Shown here one piece after another: positions 53,757-63,843 of a stretch of DNA of 64,000 nt. Source of the stretch: Macrostomum lignano (lineage: Eukaryota); assembly GCA_002269645.1 (NCBI GenBank), contig NIVC01001407.1, positions 231,109 to 295,108 of the forward strand. The letters are read 5' to 3'. The position numbers were made by a program, and so were the translations under genes. The notes below the pieces were generated by a model that searched no databases, was not told the DNA's origin, and saw only the letters and a list, made by a program, of their open reading frames with translations. How positions within the stretch are numbered: position 1 is the stretch's first letter; each line of letters starts with the position of its first letter.

Positions 53757-54919
53757 TAGTATATGGAATTCGACGCTTTTCATTTTCCTACTCGATCTTC
53801 AATGAAAAGCCGAATAGAGCTCTATGTAAATGGATTGGTGGACTCTGCCGCGGGGAAAGCAGCATAAGTTCCTGGGAAGCCCAAAACTGATTCTCTAAAA
53901 AGTAGTAAAAAACTTCTCTAGTGTACATTAGCCATAGTTAATTGAGAATTGGGTGAACCTGGCTTCCGATCTCCACAATATTTAAACTTTGTTGGCAGTG
54001 GGAATATATAGGCCTATGTTCATGAGTTCCTCCGCACTTTTGTACGAGTCTCGCAAATTGGACTGAATTTGTTGTGAAAGTGAGCTTGCAAAGAGCCGTT
54101 TATTGCCTTGTTATTGTTTTTCTTGATACTGCTGATTTGGCCGCGGGGAAGTGGGGTGCAGGTCTGGGGTGGAGGTCTTTAGAACTATCTGATGCACGCG
54201 ACGGGGGGAATGTTATCAGTTTTATTATTATTATCGTTCAATAACGGTAAGAAAATAATTAGTCATACACATATGTAACGTGTAAACATATCTGTATGTG
54301 TACATATAGGCGATATTGCCTGGTGATTTGGATATATTTAGTATATAGGAATTCGACGCTTTTCATTTTCCTACTCGATCTTCAATGAAAAGCCGAATAG
54401 AGCTCTATGTAAATGGATTGGTGGACTCTGCCGCGGGGAAAGCAGCATAAGTTCCTGGGAAGCCCAAAACTGATTCTCTAAAAAGTAGTAAAAAACTTCT
54501 CTAGTGTACATTAGCCATAGTTAATTGAGAATTGGGTGAACCTGGCTTCCGATCTCCACAATATTTAAACTTTGTTGGCAGTGGGAATATATAGGCCTAT
54601 GTTCATGAGTTCCTCCGCACTTTTGTACGAGTCTCGCAAATTGGACTGAATTTGTTGTGAAAGTGAGCTTGCAAAGAGCCGTTTATTGCCTTGTTATTGT
54701 TTTTCTTGATACTGCTGATTTGGCCGCGGGGAAGTGGGGTGCAGGTCTGGGGTGGAGGTCTTTAGAACTATCTGATGCACGCGACGGGGGGAATGTTATC
54801 AGTTTTATTATTATTATCGTTCAATAACGGTAAGAAAATAATTAGTCATACACATATGTAACGTGTAAACATATCTGTATGTGTACATATAGGCGATATT
54901 GCCTGGTGATTTGGATATA
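53757..54919. repeat. 583-bp near-perfect tandem duplication
   Basis: AATTCGACGCTTTTC at 53767 and 54350. Both copies end GCCTGGTGATTTGGATATA (54336, 54919). Confidence 0.95.
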
Positions 54920-55061
54920 AGGACTGAAAAATTCTACTGAGCCATTAAAAATAGATTTTGTTGATATTTAAACGGACTTCGAAATTTCAAATTTTCACAA
55001 AAAACCCTTGATTAAATTTTAAACCATAAGCCATTCTCGGTGCCCATCCTACGTTCATGAG

Positions 55062-55938
55062 GTGTGTGTCACCTGCAATATTAGTATGCTCGGTGGACTA
55101 AAGCACCATGTAGCGAATGAAGGCTGCAGTGTCACCCGATGGCTACTATGCCATGAATGCCAGTCCGTTGAACTCTTCACTGTTAGAGGCCAAATCAAAA
55201 GGCATAAAAATCATTCGACTGTTAACTGGAGCTCTGCTGAGGACCGCGAGCAGGCACGCATTACTGCTCTGGAAGTTGCACGTCAAGAGGAACGCAACAG
55301 GGCGGCAGAACACATTCGAGAGCCGGTGAGCACTTTGAGTCAAGTTATCACGAGCTTATGCGGCCGATCAACGAACACTGGTGACCAGCCCAACGCCCAG
55401 CCTGCTGCTGCTTCTGCTGCTCTACTCGACGGTGATGTCGGAGCTCCCCTGCTTGATGCTGCTGATGGAGGTGGCACCCCTGACTTCGAGCTGAATGAGC
55501 TGGACACCGCTTTCTTCGAGAACCTCGATGGTGAGCCTGAAGCACAGGAGCAGCAAGAAATGCAACAGCAGCAGCAGCGGCGTGCAATCCCTGTTCCCGG
55601 AAAAAAATATGGAGCGTGCCAGGATGCTGGCAGAAGTCAGCCTGTCCGACGTGATTCGCGATATGGACTCAGGCCCTGCGCCTCCACCACCGCCGCCACC
55701 GACTGAGGTTCAGCCTGCGGTCGAAGTCAGCCTGTCCGACCTGATTCGCGATATGGACTCAGGCCCTGCGCCTCCACCACCGCCGCCACCGACTGAGGTT
55801 CAGCCTGCGGCCGCTAATGAAGTGCAGCAGCCAGCACCTCTCTGCATCCAGCTGGTTCTGCCCAACAGTGTTACGGGTGAATATTGGATTGACTTGGGAG
55901 GGGCTTTCCGTATTCGCCTGAGCAATTCTCAATTCTAA
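55062..55938 (+). CDS. Polinton-borne hypothetical ORF(s): Cys/His-rich N-terminal part plus an overlapping Pro-rich ORF with a 30-aa duplication
   Basis: ORFs 55062-55706 (CVTC..HH, CHEC..H; no ATG) and 55495/55609-55938 (EVSLSDxIRDMDSGPAPPPPPPPTEVQPA x2). They may be one frameshifted gene. Confidence 0.4.
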
Positions 55939-56717
55939 ACTAATAATTCTAATGTACCAGTCGTTAAATATTAATTTAGCAACATTTTGTGTTGAATTAA
56001 ATTGCGAGATGCATGATTATCCGTATATTGAAAAAGTGAATAATGTTTATTTTTCTTTTCAACATCTCATTGCTATTTTTAAAGTTCATATTTATGCAGG
56101 CAGTGCGCGTTGATCAATTGCAAGCTGTGCTTGGGTGTGAATGCAGATTGGGTTTGATTCTGGTTGGGTTTGTAATCTCCTTCTTTAACTTGTGCTTCTA
56201 ATAATGTAGCGTATCATTGCATTTTTAAAATATAAGTTTTAAAGCGCAATGAAGCGCAGAATTTTGGAAAAGTTTTCAGATTTGAGTTATTTTGAATTTT
56301 TAGAATTCGTTTCATAAGACCCTTTTATTAAACCCTTTATGAGACCCCGAAATTTGGCACGTAACGACAAGACCCGAAGTACAACTTTCGAAAATATGTA
56401 CACTTAATACCAGCGTATATCCACAAATTAGGGATTTGAATTTACTTTTGCAAGAAAAAATAATTTCACAAATATGTATTTCAGCAAATTTCCTCCTGTA
56501 ATTCTCATCGAAAATGCTCTAAGCCGTGTCATCAACCGAACCGAGATGGCTTCTTCGAGACACACTTCATCATCATCATCAGCAAGTGATCGGCCGCTTG
56601 AGTCTACCAATTTTGCTATCGAAATCGAACCAACCAGTGAGTCAATCCAATGTGATTAGTAAAGCCAGTAAAGTAGACTCTTCCCTCTATAAATACAAGC
56701 AAAAGTAGTCACGAAAC

Positions 56718-57155
56718 CCGATTCCCGATTCGCCGATTCACCGATTCCCGATTCACCGATTCACCGATTCACTGATTCCCGATTCACCGATTCCCGAATC
56801 GCCGATTCACCGATTCCCGATTCGCCGATTCACCGATTCACTGATTCTCGATTCACCGATTCACCGATTCCCGATTCACCGATTCCCGATTCGCCGATTC
56901 ACCGATTCCCGATTCCCGATTCCCGATTCACTGATTCCCGATTCCTGATTCACTGATTACCGATTCACCGATTCCTGATTCGCCGATTCCCGATTCACCG
57001 ATTCCCGATTCGCCGATTCCCGATTCACCGATTCCCGATTCGCCGATTCCCGATTCACCGATTCCCGATTCACCGATTCCCGATTCACTGATTCCGATTC
57101 ACCGATTCCCGATTCACTGATTCCCGATTCCTGATTCCTGATTAACCGATTCCCG
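56718..57155. repeat. (CCGATTC[A/C/G])n short-unit array immediately upstream of pPolB
   Basis: Dozens of 7-9-bp CCGATT units. Confidence 0.9.
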
Positions 57156-57231
57156 CACAATAATGAGGTGGAATCAGGAATATGATTTATATATATTTTA
57201 ACTGTCGAGTGAAACGCGTACATCCAACAAC

Positions 57232-60200
57232 ATGCTAATTCATGCAGGCATTCAATTCAGCTCGGCTATTCACGCTAGTGCGCATGATGACACGCTGCAG
57301 GTCAGACGCTTCACTCCAGCATCAAGAGGTCTCGAGCCATTTCATTTTTTATCATCAACGAAGTTTGCAGTGCTACAGGCTGTTGAGATGAGATTCGATT
57401 CATCCGAGAATAAATCTATTCGAGCGCAGCTTAAGTTCAACATTAGAATGGTGAGAATCAAGGAAGCTGCGGTAATCAATGCAGAAGATAAGTGGATCGC
57501 ATGCGGTCTTGAGCTTCTCTCTGATCTAAGAGATTTTGAATTGTGGTGGTTGCAGCAGTTTTCTGAGCTGGAACGCAAGATTGATGCCTACAATTCAAAT
57601 GGGAGCGGTTGGATAGTTGAGCAAATCAACTATTTTGATCTGTGCTCTGCCCTCACTGATCGCATTCGCTACTATCGTGGACGATGCGCGAATTTTTCTT
57701 TGCCCAATCAGCTGGCCGTTAAGAAGGCCATAATCAACCCACCGAGCGATGGAAACAATTGCTTTCTGTTTGCCTGTCTCGCTTACCTGCACAACAGAGA
57801 TCCAGGTGTGATGAAGTCTTGCCATCGACTAACAACTTACAGCAGATGGTTGGATGAAATCGATCTGAGCGGCATCGCACTACCAGTCGCAATTTCCGAT
57901 TTAGACGTTATAGAGGAAAAGAATTCCGAAATCTGTTTCACAGTTTTTAGCTGGGAAGATGATGAGGCCTATGTCATTCGCCAGCCTCTTCCTGGGATTT
58001 GTGCCTCTCGCAAGGTTATTCCTCTACTCTTGCTTCGCAACTCCAGCTCCGATGATGCTGATGATGATGATGGTGGTGATGAGAATTGTGGGACTGGACA
58101 CTGGTGTGCAGTTTCGAACCTGGACCGGCTCCTGAACAGCAAAAAAGGTCTGAGGAATCGCAAATGGTGTGAGAAGTGCATTTCTCCGTTTCGATTCCAG
58201 GAAGAGTTGGAGCAGCATCGAGACAGCTGCAATCCTCAACTGAAACCAGCCATCATGGAGCGCATGCCTGATGCAAGTAGCAACACAATGCAGTTCATGG
58301 CTTGGGAAAAGACAATCAGTCCCCCATTTGTTGTCTACGCAGATTTTGAAGCTCTGAACACCCCACGTGAACCAGTGAAGCCTGAAAGAGAAGTTACTGT
58401 CACCAAGTTAACTGAGCATGTACCTGTAGCTGCTGGCTACATTGTTATTCCAAGAGAGGGTATGAGCAGCAAAATTCTGAGGCCGAGTGAGGATGTTTTC
58501 CTCTGCAGCGGACCCAATCCGAATTCTGTCGTGAAACAGTTTTTGGCCTCACTCGAACGTCTTGCTCGTGAAGTTTATGGTAGGAATACCGAGTTTAGTC
58601 ATCAGATTGCTGACAGAAACAGTGATGACAACAGGCGCAGCTTTCAAGATTCCACACAGTGCTATTTATGCAATGCAGTGTTCATTTCATCTTCTGACAA
58701 GCACTGGGATCACGACCACCTCAGCGGTGAATACAAGGGTGCTGCCTGCGCTTCGTGTAACAAGCTTGCTCGGCTAAAACGGCGATTTTTGCCAATAGTT
58801 TTCCACAATCTTCGCGGATATGACCTGCATTTGATTTTCTCAACTGCGCTGGGTGACATGACTGGTTGGAGGGTGAGCGTCATCCCCCAAACTGCTGAGT
58901 CGTACCTCTCCATGAGGGTCGAGTTCCAGATTGATGAGTATGAGAAAGATGGCGTAAAAAAGCCCCTGTTTTTCACGCTACAATTCATCGACTCACTGCA
59001 ATTCCTACACAGCAGTCTCTCTCAACTTATTAAGAACTTGCCGGAGGACAACTGTCCCATCACTAATGCGATGCAATCAAAGTATCCAAATCTCTCAAGC
59101 GATGTACTGTTTAGTAAGGGAGTTTTCCCGTATGATTATCTCTCGAATTTGAATGCGCTTGATGATCGCCAACTACCAAAAGTAGAAAGCTTTTTTAACC
59201 GACTCACCAACAGCCACTGTACCGAGGCGGAGTATCGGCATGCGCAGAAGGCCTGGACTGAATTCGAATCTACAACATTGCGCGATTACATGCTCTGCTA
59301 CTTGGAGCTGGACATCAGGCAACTAGCAGATATCTTTGAAGGGTTTCGAAGGCTGAGTTTGCAGGAAGACAAGCTAGATCCGGTGTATTTTGTGTCAACT
59401 CCAGGCTTATCATTCGCTTCTGCACTAAAGTCTTCTCAAGTCAAGATCGAACTGCTAACTGACCTCGAGATGTATAAAATGTTTGAGAAAGGAATTCGGG
59501 GTGGAATGTCTTTTGTCAATGTACATCATGTCCAGAGCGAAAGTAGTGATGATGATAATGAACCAGCAGGTAGGAGTTTACTGGCTGTTGATGCTAATAA
59601 CCTTTATGGTCATGCGCTCACAATGCCCCTACCTGTTGGCGGCTTTCGCTGGCTCAGTCAAGAGGAGCTGTGCTCCTGGTCCGAGTGCCGCTTTCTTTCC
59701 CTGGATGATGACGCTCCAATCGGCTACCTTGTCGAAGCGGATTTGCTCTACCCAGCCGAAATCCACACGGCAACGGAGGATCTTCCATTCGCCCCAGAGA
59801 AAAGGTGTGAATTTCGAAGAATTTCCGCAGTACATGCGAGAATTATGGGTACTGCTTCAACATGACAATGATCATTCTCATCATCATCAGCAGCAGCAGC
59901 CCGACGCGAACACGACTGAGAATCCTACCGTTGCGCGCTACCGTGGAGTACAAAAATTAATGCTCACATGCCACAACAAGTTTTCCTATGTACTGCACTC
60001 GTCTGCTCTCCGATTCTATCTATCGCACGGAATGAAGTTGCATGGGCTCCACAGGATGATCGAATTCAGGCAAGAACCTGTCTTCGCGGACTACATTAAG
60101 ATGAATAGCGAGAAGCGCTCTATGGCGAAAAATGATTTCGAGAAGGATTTCTATAAACTGAAAAATAACTCCCTGTTTGGCAAAACAATGGAGAACGTGC

Positions 60201-60982
60201 GCAAGCGGCGGGACATCAGAGTGTGCAGTGACAAGAAAAAAGCCAAGACTGTTTCTTCTCAACCAAATGTCGCATCATTCACAATCATTACGCCGTCACT
60301 CAGCATCTTTGAGCTTCAAAAGCACGAAGTAACTCTTGATCGCCCAATCTTCATGGGGCAGTGTGTTCTAGATCGCTCCAAGATCATCATGTATCGACTT
60401 TACTATGACAAAATAAAACCCATGCTAGAATTCCGTGATGGAGCAAGAGTTCGAGTTTGCGGTGGCGATACAGACTCGTTGTTTTTGAGCTTAGAGAACC
60501 TTAGTTTGCAGAGAGAAGTGCTGCCAATCCTGCATGCCGAAGGCCTCTTGGACACCTCCAATTTTTTCACTAATCATCCTCTCTTCTCGAATCGGCTAAA
60601 GGCCAAGCTAGGCTGCATTAAAGATGAAGCTGGTGGACTGCAACAGATTGAGTGGGTGCTGCTAAGGCCCAAGCTCTATTCTTTCCTCGCTGAAAGCTCG
60701 GCGGCATGCAAAGCTAAAGGCATCCAACGAAGCGTGCTGAAGAATGAAGTCTCCCACGACGACTATGTCAAGATTTTCAAGGGGGCTTCAAAGCTGTCGC
60801 TCACTGTTCGTCGAATTGGAAGTGAGAAACATCGCGTTTTCACCATTGAGCAACGTAAGCTCGCTCTCAGTATCTGGGAGGACAAGCGAGCGTGGACTGG
60901 CTCGAACTCAAGTCTTCCGTTCGGCCACTTTCAGCTGTTAATCAGGGGTAGTCCGAAAAGGACAGCGGACTGCTTAGAGTGA
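57232..60982 (+). CDS. Protein-primed family B DNA polymerase (pPolB), about 1250 aa, with one +1 frameshift at the A4 run 59800-59803
   Basis: Exonuclease motifs VVYADFEAL, FHNLRGYDLH, FIDSLQFL, KGVFPYDY. Polymerase motifs KGIRGGMS, AVDANNLYG, KLKNNSLFGKT, GGDTDSLF, KAKGI. An EndoVII-like insert reads CYLC..HWDHDHLSGEYKGAACASCN. Removing one A joins PFAPEK to GVNFEEFPQY. Confidence 0.93.
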
Positions 60983-61074
60983 TGCTTTGCACATCTGTGT
61001 AACCTTGGCGTTGAAATTTATTGACTTTTACTTATGTACTCCATGAATTGTTTCTGTGGTTTAATTAATCTGAA

Positions 61075-61105
<31 letters not shown>

Positions 61106-61700
61106 TGATGATGATAATGACAATGCTGGAACGAATAGAGCCAATTCAGTTAGTTACATATTTGTAGTCTCTAAGCAACTAACTGAGCGTAACATTTTCG
61201 AGTTGAGTTGTTCCAGATTTATTTCAATACGAACTTGTGAAAGCCATGTTGGAATAATTTGCGGCATATTGGTCTGGCTTTCCCCTTTTTTATTATCCTT
61301 GAATTTTTGCACAATTGAATGAACTGAGTTACTGTCCTTTTTTATCTTTGCTAGCTTTGCTACTCATATTTTTTGTAACCATTATCCAATGATTATCTGA
61401 AAAATATTTGCTTCCTTTTTCATTTCTGCTAGTTCTTGTTCGTTTTTGTCTTAGCAGTGCATAATCTGAGTGATGGGTGTGCTTTTTTTCTTGAGTTGGT
61501 GGTGGTCTGATTAAATTTTCTATACTCAAACTAATATTGCGATTTCAGTTTTGAAAATAAAGAAAAAGTCGATCGAAGTCTGATTTTCAGGTATATTGAT
61601 TAAAATGCACGCATCTTAATACGTGGTATATGCATGCAAATTATTATATTTTTGTTCAGCTGTCGTCTTTTTATTTAATTGTTGAAACATATGGTTATTA

Positions 61701-62264
61701 TTAGCACAGAAAACGGACAAGCAAGGAAAAGTCGGAAATTAGCATGCTCATTGTTTTTGCACCACTGAGAACAAATGAGCCATTGTGAAAAAGCAGGCAT
61801 TTGCAGAAGCTTAGTTTGCAGATCAAAGCAGAAAATGATTCTGGCTCATATTGAGCACTTGGTAAAGTGTTTACAAGATTAGCGAGGGGAAGTGCTCTGC
61901 ACAAGTCAATCTTCCCATGAGCAGTAATAGTTTTAATCCGCACATGCACAGCTTGATGAGGCAGCAGTTGAGCAGGCACTCTGCGATGCAGCATAGCCAC
62001 GAAGCGACGAGCGGCCCTGACTGAGGCCGAGTAGCTCCGGGCGCCACAGATACTCAGTTGTCCAGTCGGATAGAGCAACAGAGTCACTCTGGGATTCCGC
62101 ATCCTCTTGATAAGCACTCGGGGCCAGACGGGACGATAGATGACATGAGCCATGCTGAGAGCCAGTTCCCGCAGAGGCAATTGGGCACCCCTGCCTCCAG
62201 CAAGTCTCAGATCCACGCCGCCGACCAGATTGGTCACTCGCAGGGCTGTCGCAGGTGTACTCAT
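61701..62264 (-). CDS. Divergent TATA-binding-protein (TBP)-like protein, 187 aa, inside the Polinton
   Basis: Two TBP half-repeats: VTNLVGGVDL..IYRP..RMRNPRVTLLLYPTGQLSICGARS..AARRF, and YEPESFSALI..LLFHNGSFVLSGAKT. These align by eye with canonical [38 protein letters not shown] and YEPELFPGLI..LLIFVSGKIVLTGAK. The ORF is intact and intronless, with AATAAA about 25 nt after the stop. Confidence 0.88.
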   Translation of the reverse strand: MSTPATALRVTNLVGGVDLRLAGGRGAQLPLRELALSMAHVIYRPVWPRVLIKRMRNPRVTLLLYPTGQLSICGARSYSASVRAARRFVAMLHRRVPAQLLPHQAVHVRIKTITAHGKIDLCRALPLANLVNTLPSAQYEPESFSALICKLSFCKCLLFHNGSFVLSGAKTMSMLISDFSLLVRFLC

Positions 62265-62334
62265 TTAGAGAGTCCTTTCTGCCTGTGGTACTGTCTTTGC
62301 GAGCTTTTGAGTGGTACGGGCACACCTCGCTTCT

Positions 62335-62778
62335 TAAGTTGATACAGAACTTCGGTTTCAGCCAGTTGTAGTACAGTAATACATTTTTCACTGCGCAACC
62401 AGTATCAGATGCTTGAATCAAAGGTGGTCCCAGATCCTCTAGGTTGTACACCTGTCTGCCAAGCAGCTCAGTCAGAAAGATGGACTTCTTCACCCCGCTT
62501 GTCCAGGTGGGACCGTAAGCAATGTTTAGAATGTCATTTGCCAAATGCATGTACGGTCGAGATCCATCTGTTCACTTGAAATGATGCAAATTCTTTGAGA
62601 GCTTTCTGTAATGCACTTGCATCTCAGGTGAGATTCTCTCCCATGAGAACGGAGAGGCGTACACGTGATGAGTGATATGGTAACTGCCAGCCCGGACTTG
62701 GGCAATGCCCAGCTCCTTCACAACGAAATCTCTGCTCGATCTCTCGCGTGGGAAGCCTTGGAAGTCAATATAGTTCAT
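62335..62778 (-). pseudogene. DEDD-like 3'-5' exonuclease/RNase-H-fold ORF of a type seen in Polintons, with an in-frame TGA at 62572
   Basis: Reads MNYIDFQGF..FVVKELG..HHVYASPFSW..NLHHFK*TDGSRPY..SGVKKSIFL..VYNLEDLG..CAVKNV..NWL in one frame. The stop falls where a Trp is expected (HxxxWxDG). The 3' end is uncertain. Confidence 0.6.
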
Positions 62779-62851
62779 GATCGGATGGTTTCAAGACGCA
62801 AGATGTCGGAAGCCGACTCAGTTCCCCTTCTTAAATAGTTTTTTTTCCTGC

Positions 62852-63529
62852 TCAGGTGTAGCCAGGCTCTCCCACTCCCGAATCCCTTAACTGTATGATG
62901 TGCAGGGGTGGCCTCTGGAGAAACAGCAGCGGTTTAGAAATTAGCTGCCTTACTGACTTTCCTATAGCCGAAGCTGGGATGTTAAGCTTTTTGTCTTGAA
63001 GCAATGAGACAAACTCACTCCAGCCTACCGGCTCGTGGCACATTTCGAATCCCTCACCGCACTGTGAAACAAATCCAGGATGTTTGAGGAGGGTATTGTC
63101 TTCCCAGAAATTTGCGCCTCGCCATTTTCGGACACCCGATGATCAGAGAGGGATTGCCAGATAGGATGGCCCATAGACTGCGGGCTCTCGCTTTAAACTT
63201 CTGCGGCACGGATTGGGTGATCTTTCCCCCCAGCTGCTGGGTGCAATATCTGTTTTCAGCATCTTTGCATCACTCGCAGGTACCGCACCATCCTTTCCAG
63301 TCCGCTTGCGCTTGGCCAGCAAACTCTTCATCGCATCATGGTACATGGCAGCTTTCACATCGTCTGGGCAATCCTCGGCAAGCAAAATATCATTGCATTT
63401 CCTCTGCGCATATCTCACAGCAGTGTCCATTCAGACTCGACTGGCTTCAGACTCGACTGGCTTCAAATTCTGTGTGAGCATGTCGTACTCTGACTTGGGG
63501 ATCAGAACCATTTCTGAGAACTTATTCAT
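62852..63529 (-). pseudogene. Conserved Polinton-type hypothetical protein, disrupted
   Basis: Fragments in different frames: MVLIPKSEY, NDILL..DDVKAAMY, ENGEAQISGKTIPSSNILDLF, EPVGWSEFVSLL..NIPASAIG. This motif order is one I recall from Polinton ORFs adjacent to PW. Confidence 0.55.
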
Positions 63530-63559
63530 TTTGTTTCTTTTGCTTCACTAGCTTTATTA

Positions 63560-63843
63560 GAATGTAGAGAATTTTAATAAAACCCCGTATTTAGCAGATC
63601 CGCAGTTCTTCTATGTGTTAGAAATTTTGCGGATTATTTGCTTTTGCTTCACCAGCGCTGCCTTCTTTGAGTGAGTGAGAACGACAGAGTGTTTTGCAAT
63701 AGGTTGTAGCAGGCCTCAATGAGAAATTCACGTACGGCTTCTGGACCCGCTCTGATCAACAGACGTTTAAAGCTGATGGAATATTTCGGTGACGCGAGAA
63801 CATTAAACAAACTTTCATGTGAGTCAAAGGTTTCCATTATCAT
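63560..63843 (-). pseudogene. Polinton PW-like small protein, frameshifted
   Basis: Reads LFNVLASPK..KRLLIRAGPEAVREFLIEACYNLLQNTLSFSLTQR, then after a shift KAALVKQKQIIRKIS. This resembles the PW pattern (I..LCE..LN.L.....L...Q...L...K..IR.L). Confidence 0.55.

Larger units (their letters stand above)
49133..53766 (+). mobile_element. Non-autonomous Helentron/Helitron2-like element, copy 2 (head-to-tail with copy 1)
   Basis: Has the same ACTAGCAATCT..CGCCCCCC..GGGG start and the same 3' block (53320-53766 resembles 48720-49132), ending CATTTTTAGTATATGG. Confidence 0.55.

Noticed and set aside
55633-55812. WH2 actin-binding motif in the duplicated module
   Set aside because: It lacks the LKK(T/V)-type signature.
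59790-59810. Programmed ribosomal frameshift in pPolB
   Set aside because: There is no canonical slippery heptamer. An extra A in a homopolymer is explained more simply by error or mutation.
61701-62264. Interpretation as the host's own TBP gene
   Set aside because: It is too divergent from the highly conserved eukaryotic TBP core, lacks an N-terminal extension and introns, and is embedded among Polinton genes.
62572-62574. TGA read as Trp (alternative genetic code), also at the Tc1 relic
   Set aside because: TGG encodes Trp throughout these ORFs and TGA terminates pPolB, so point nonsense mutations are more likely.
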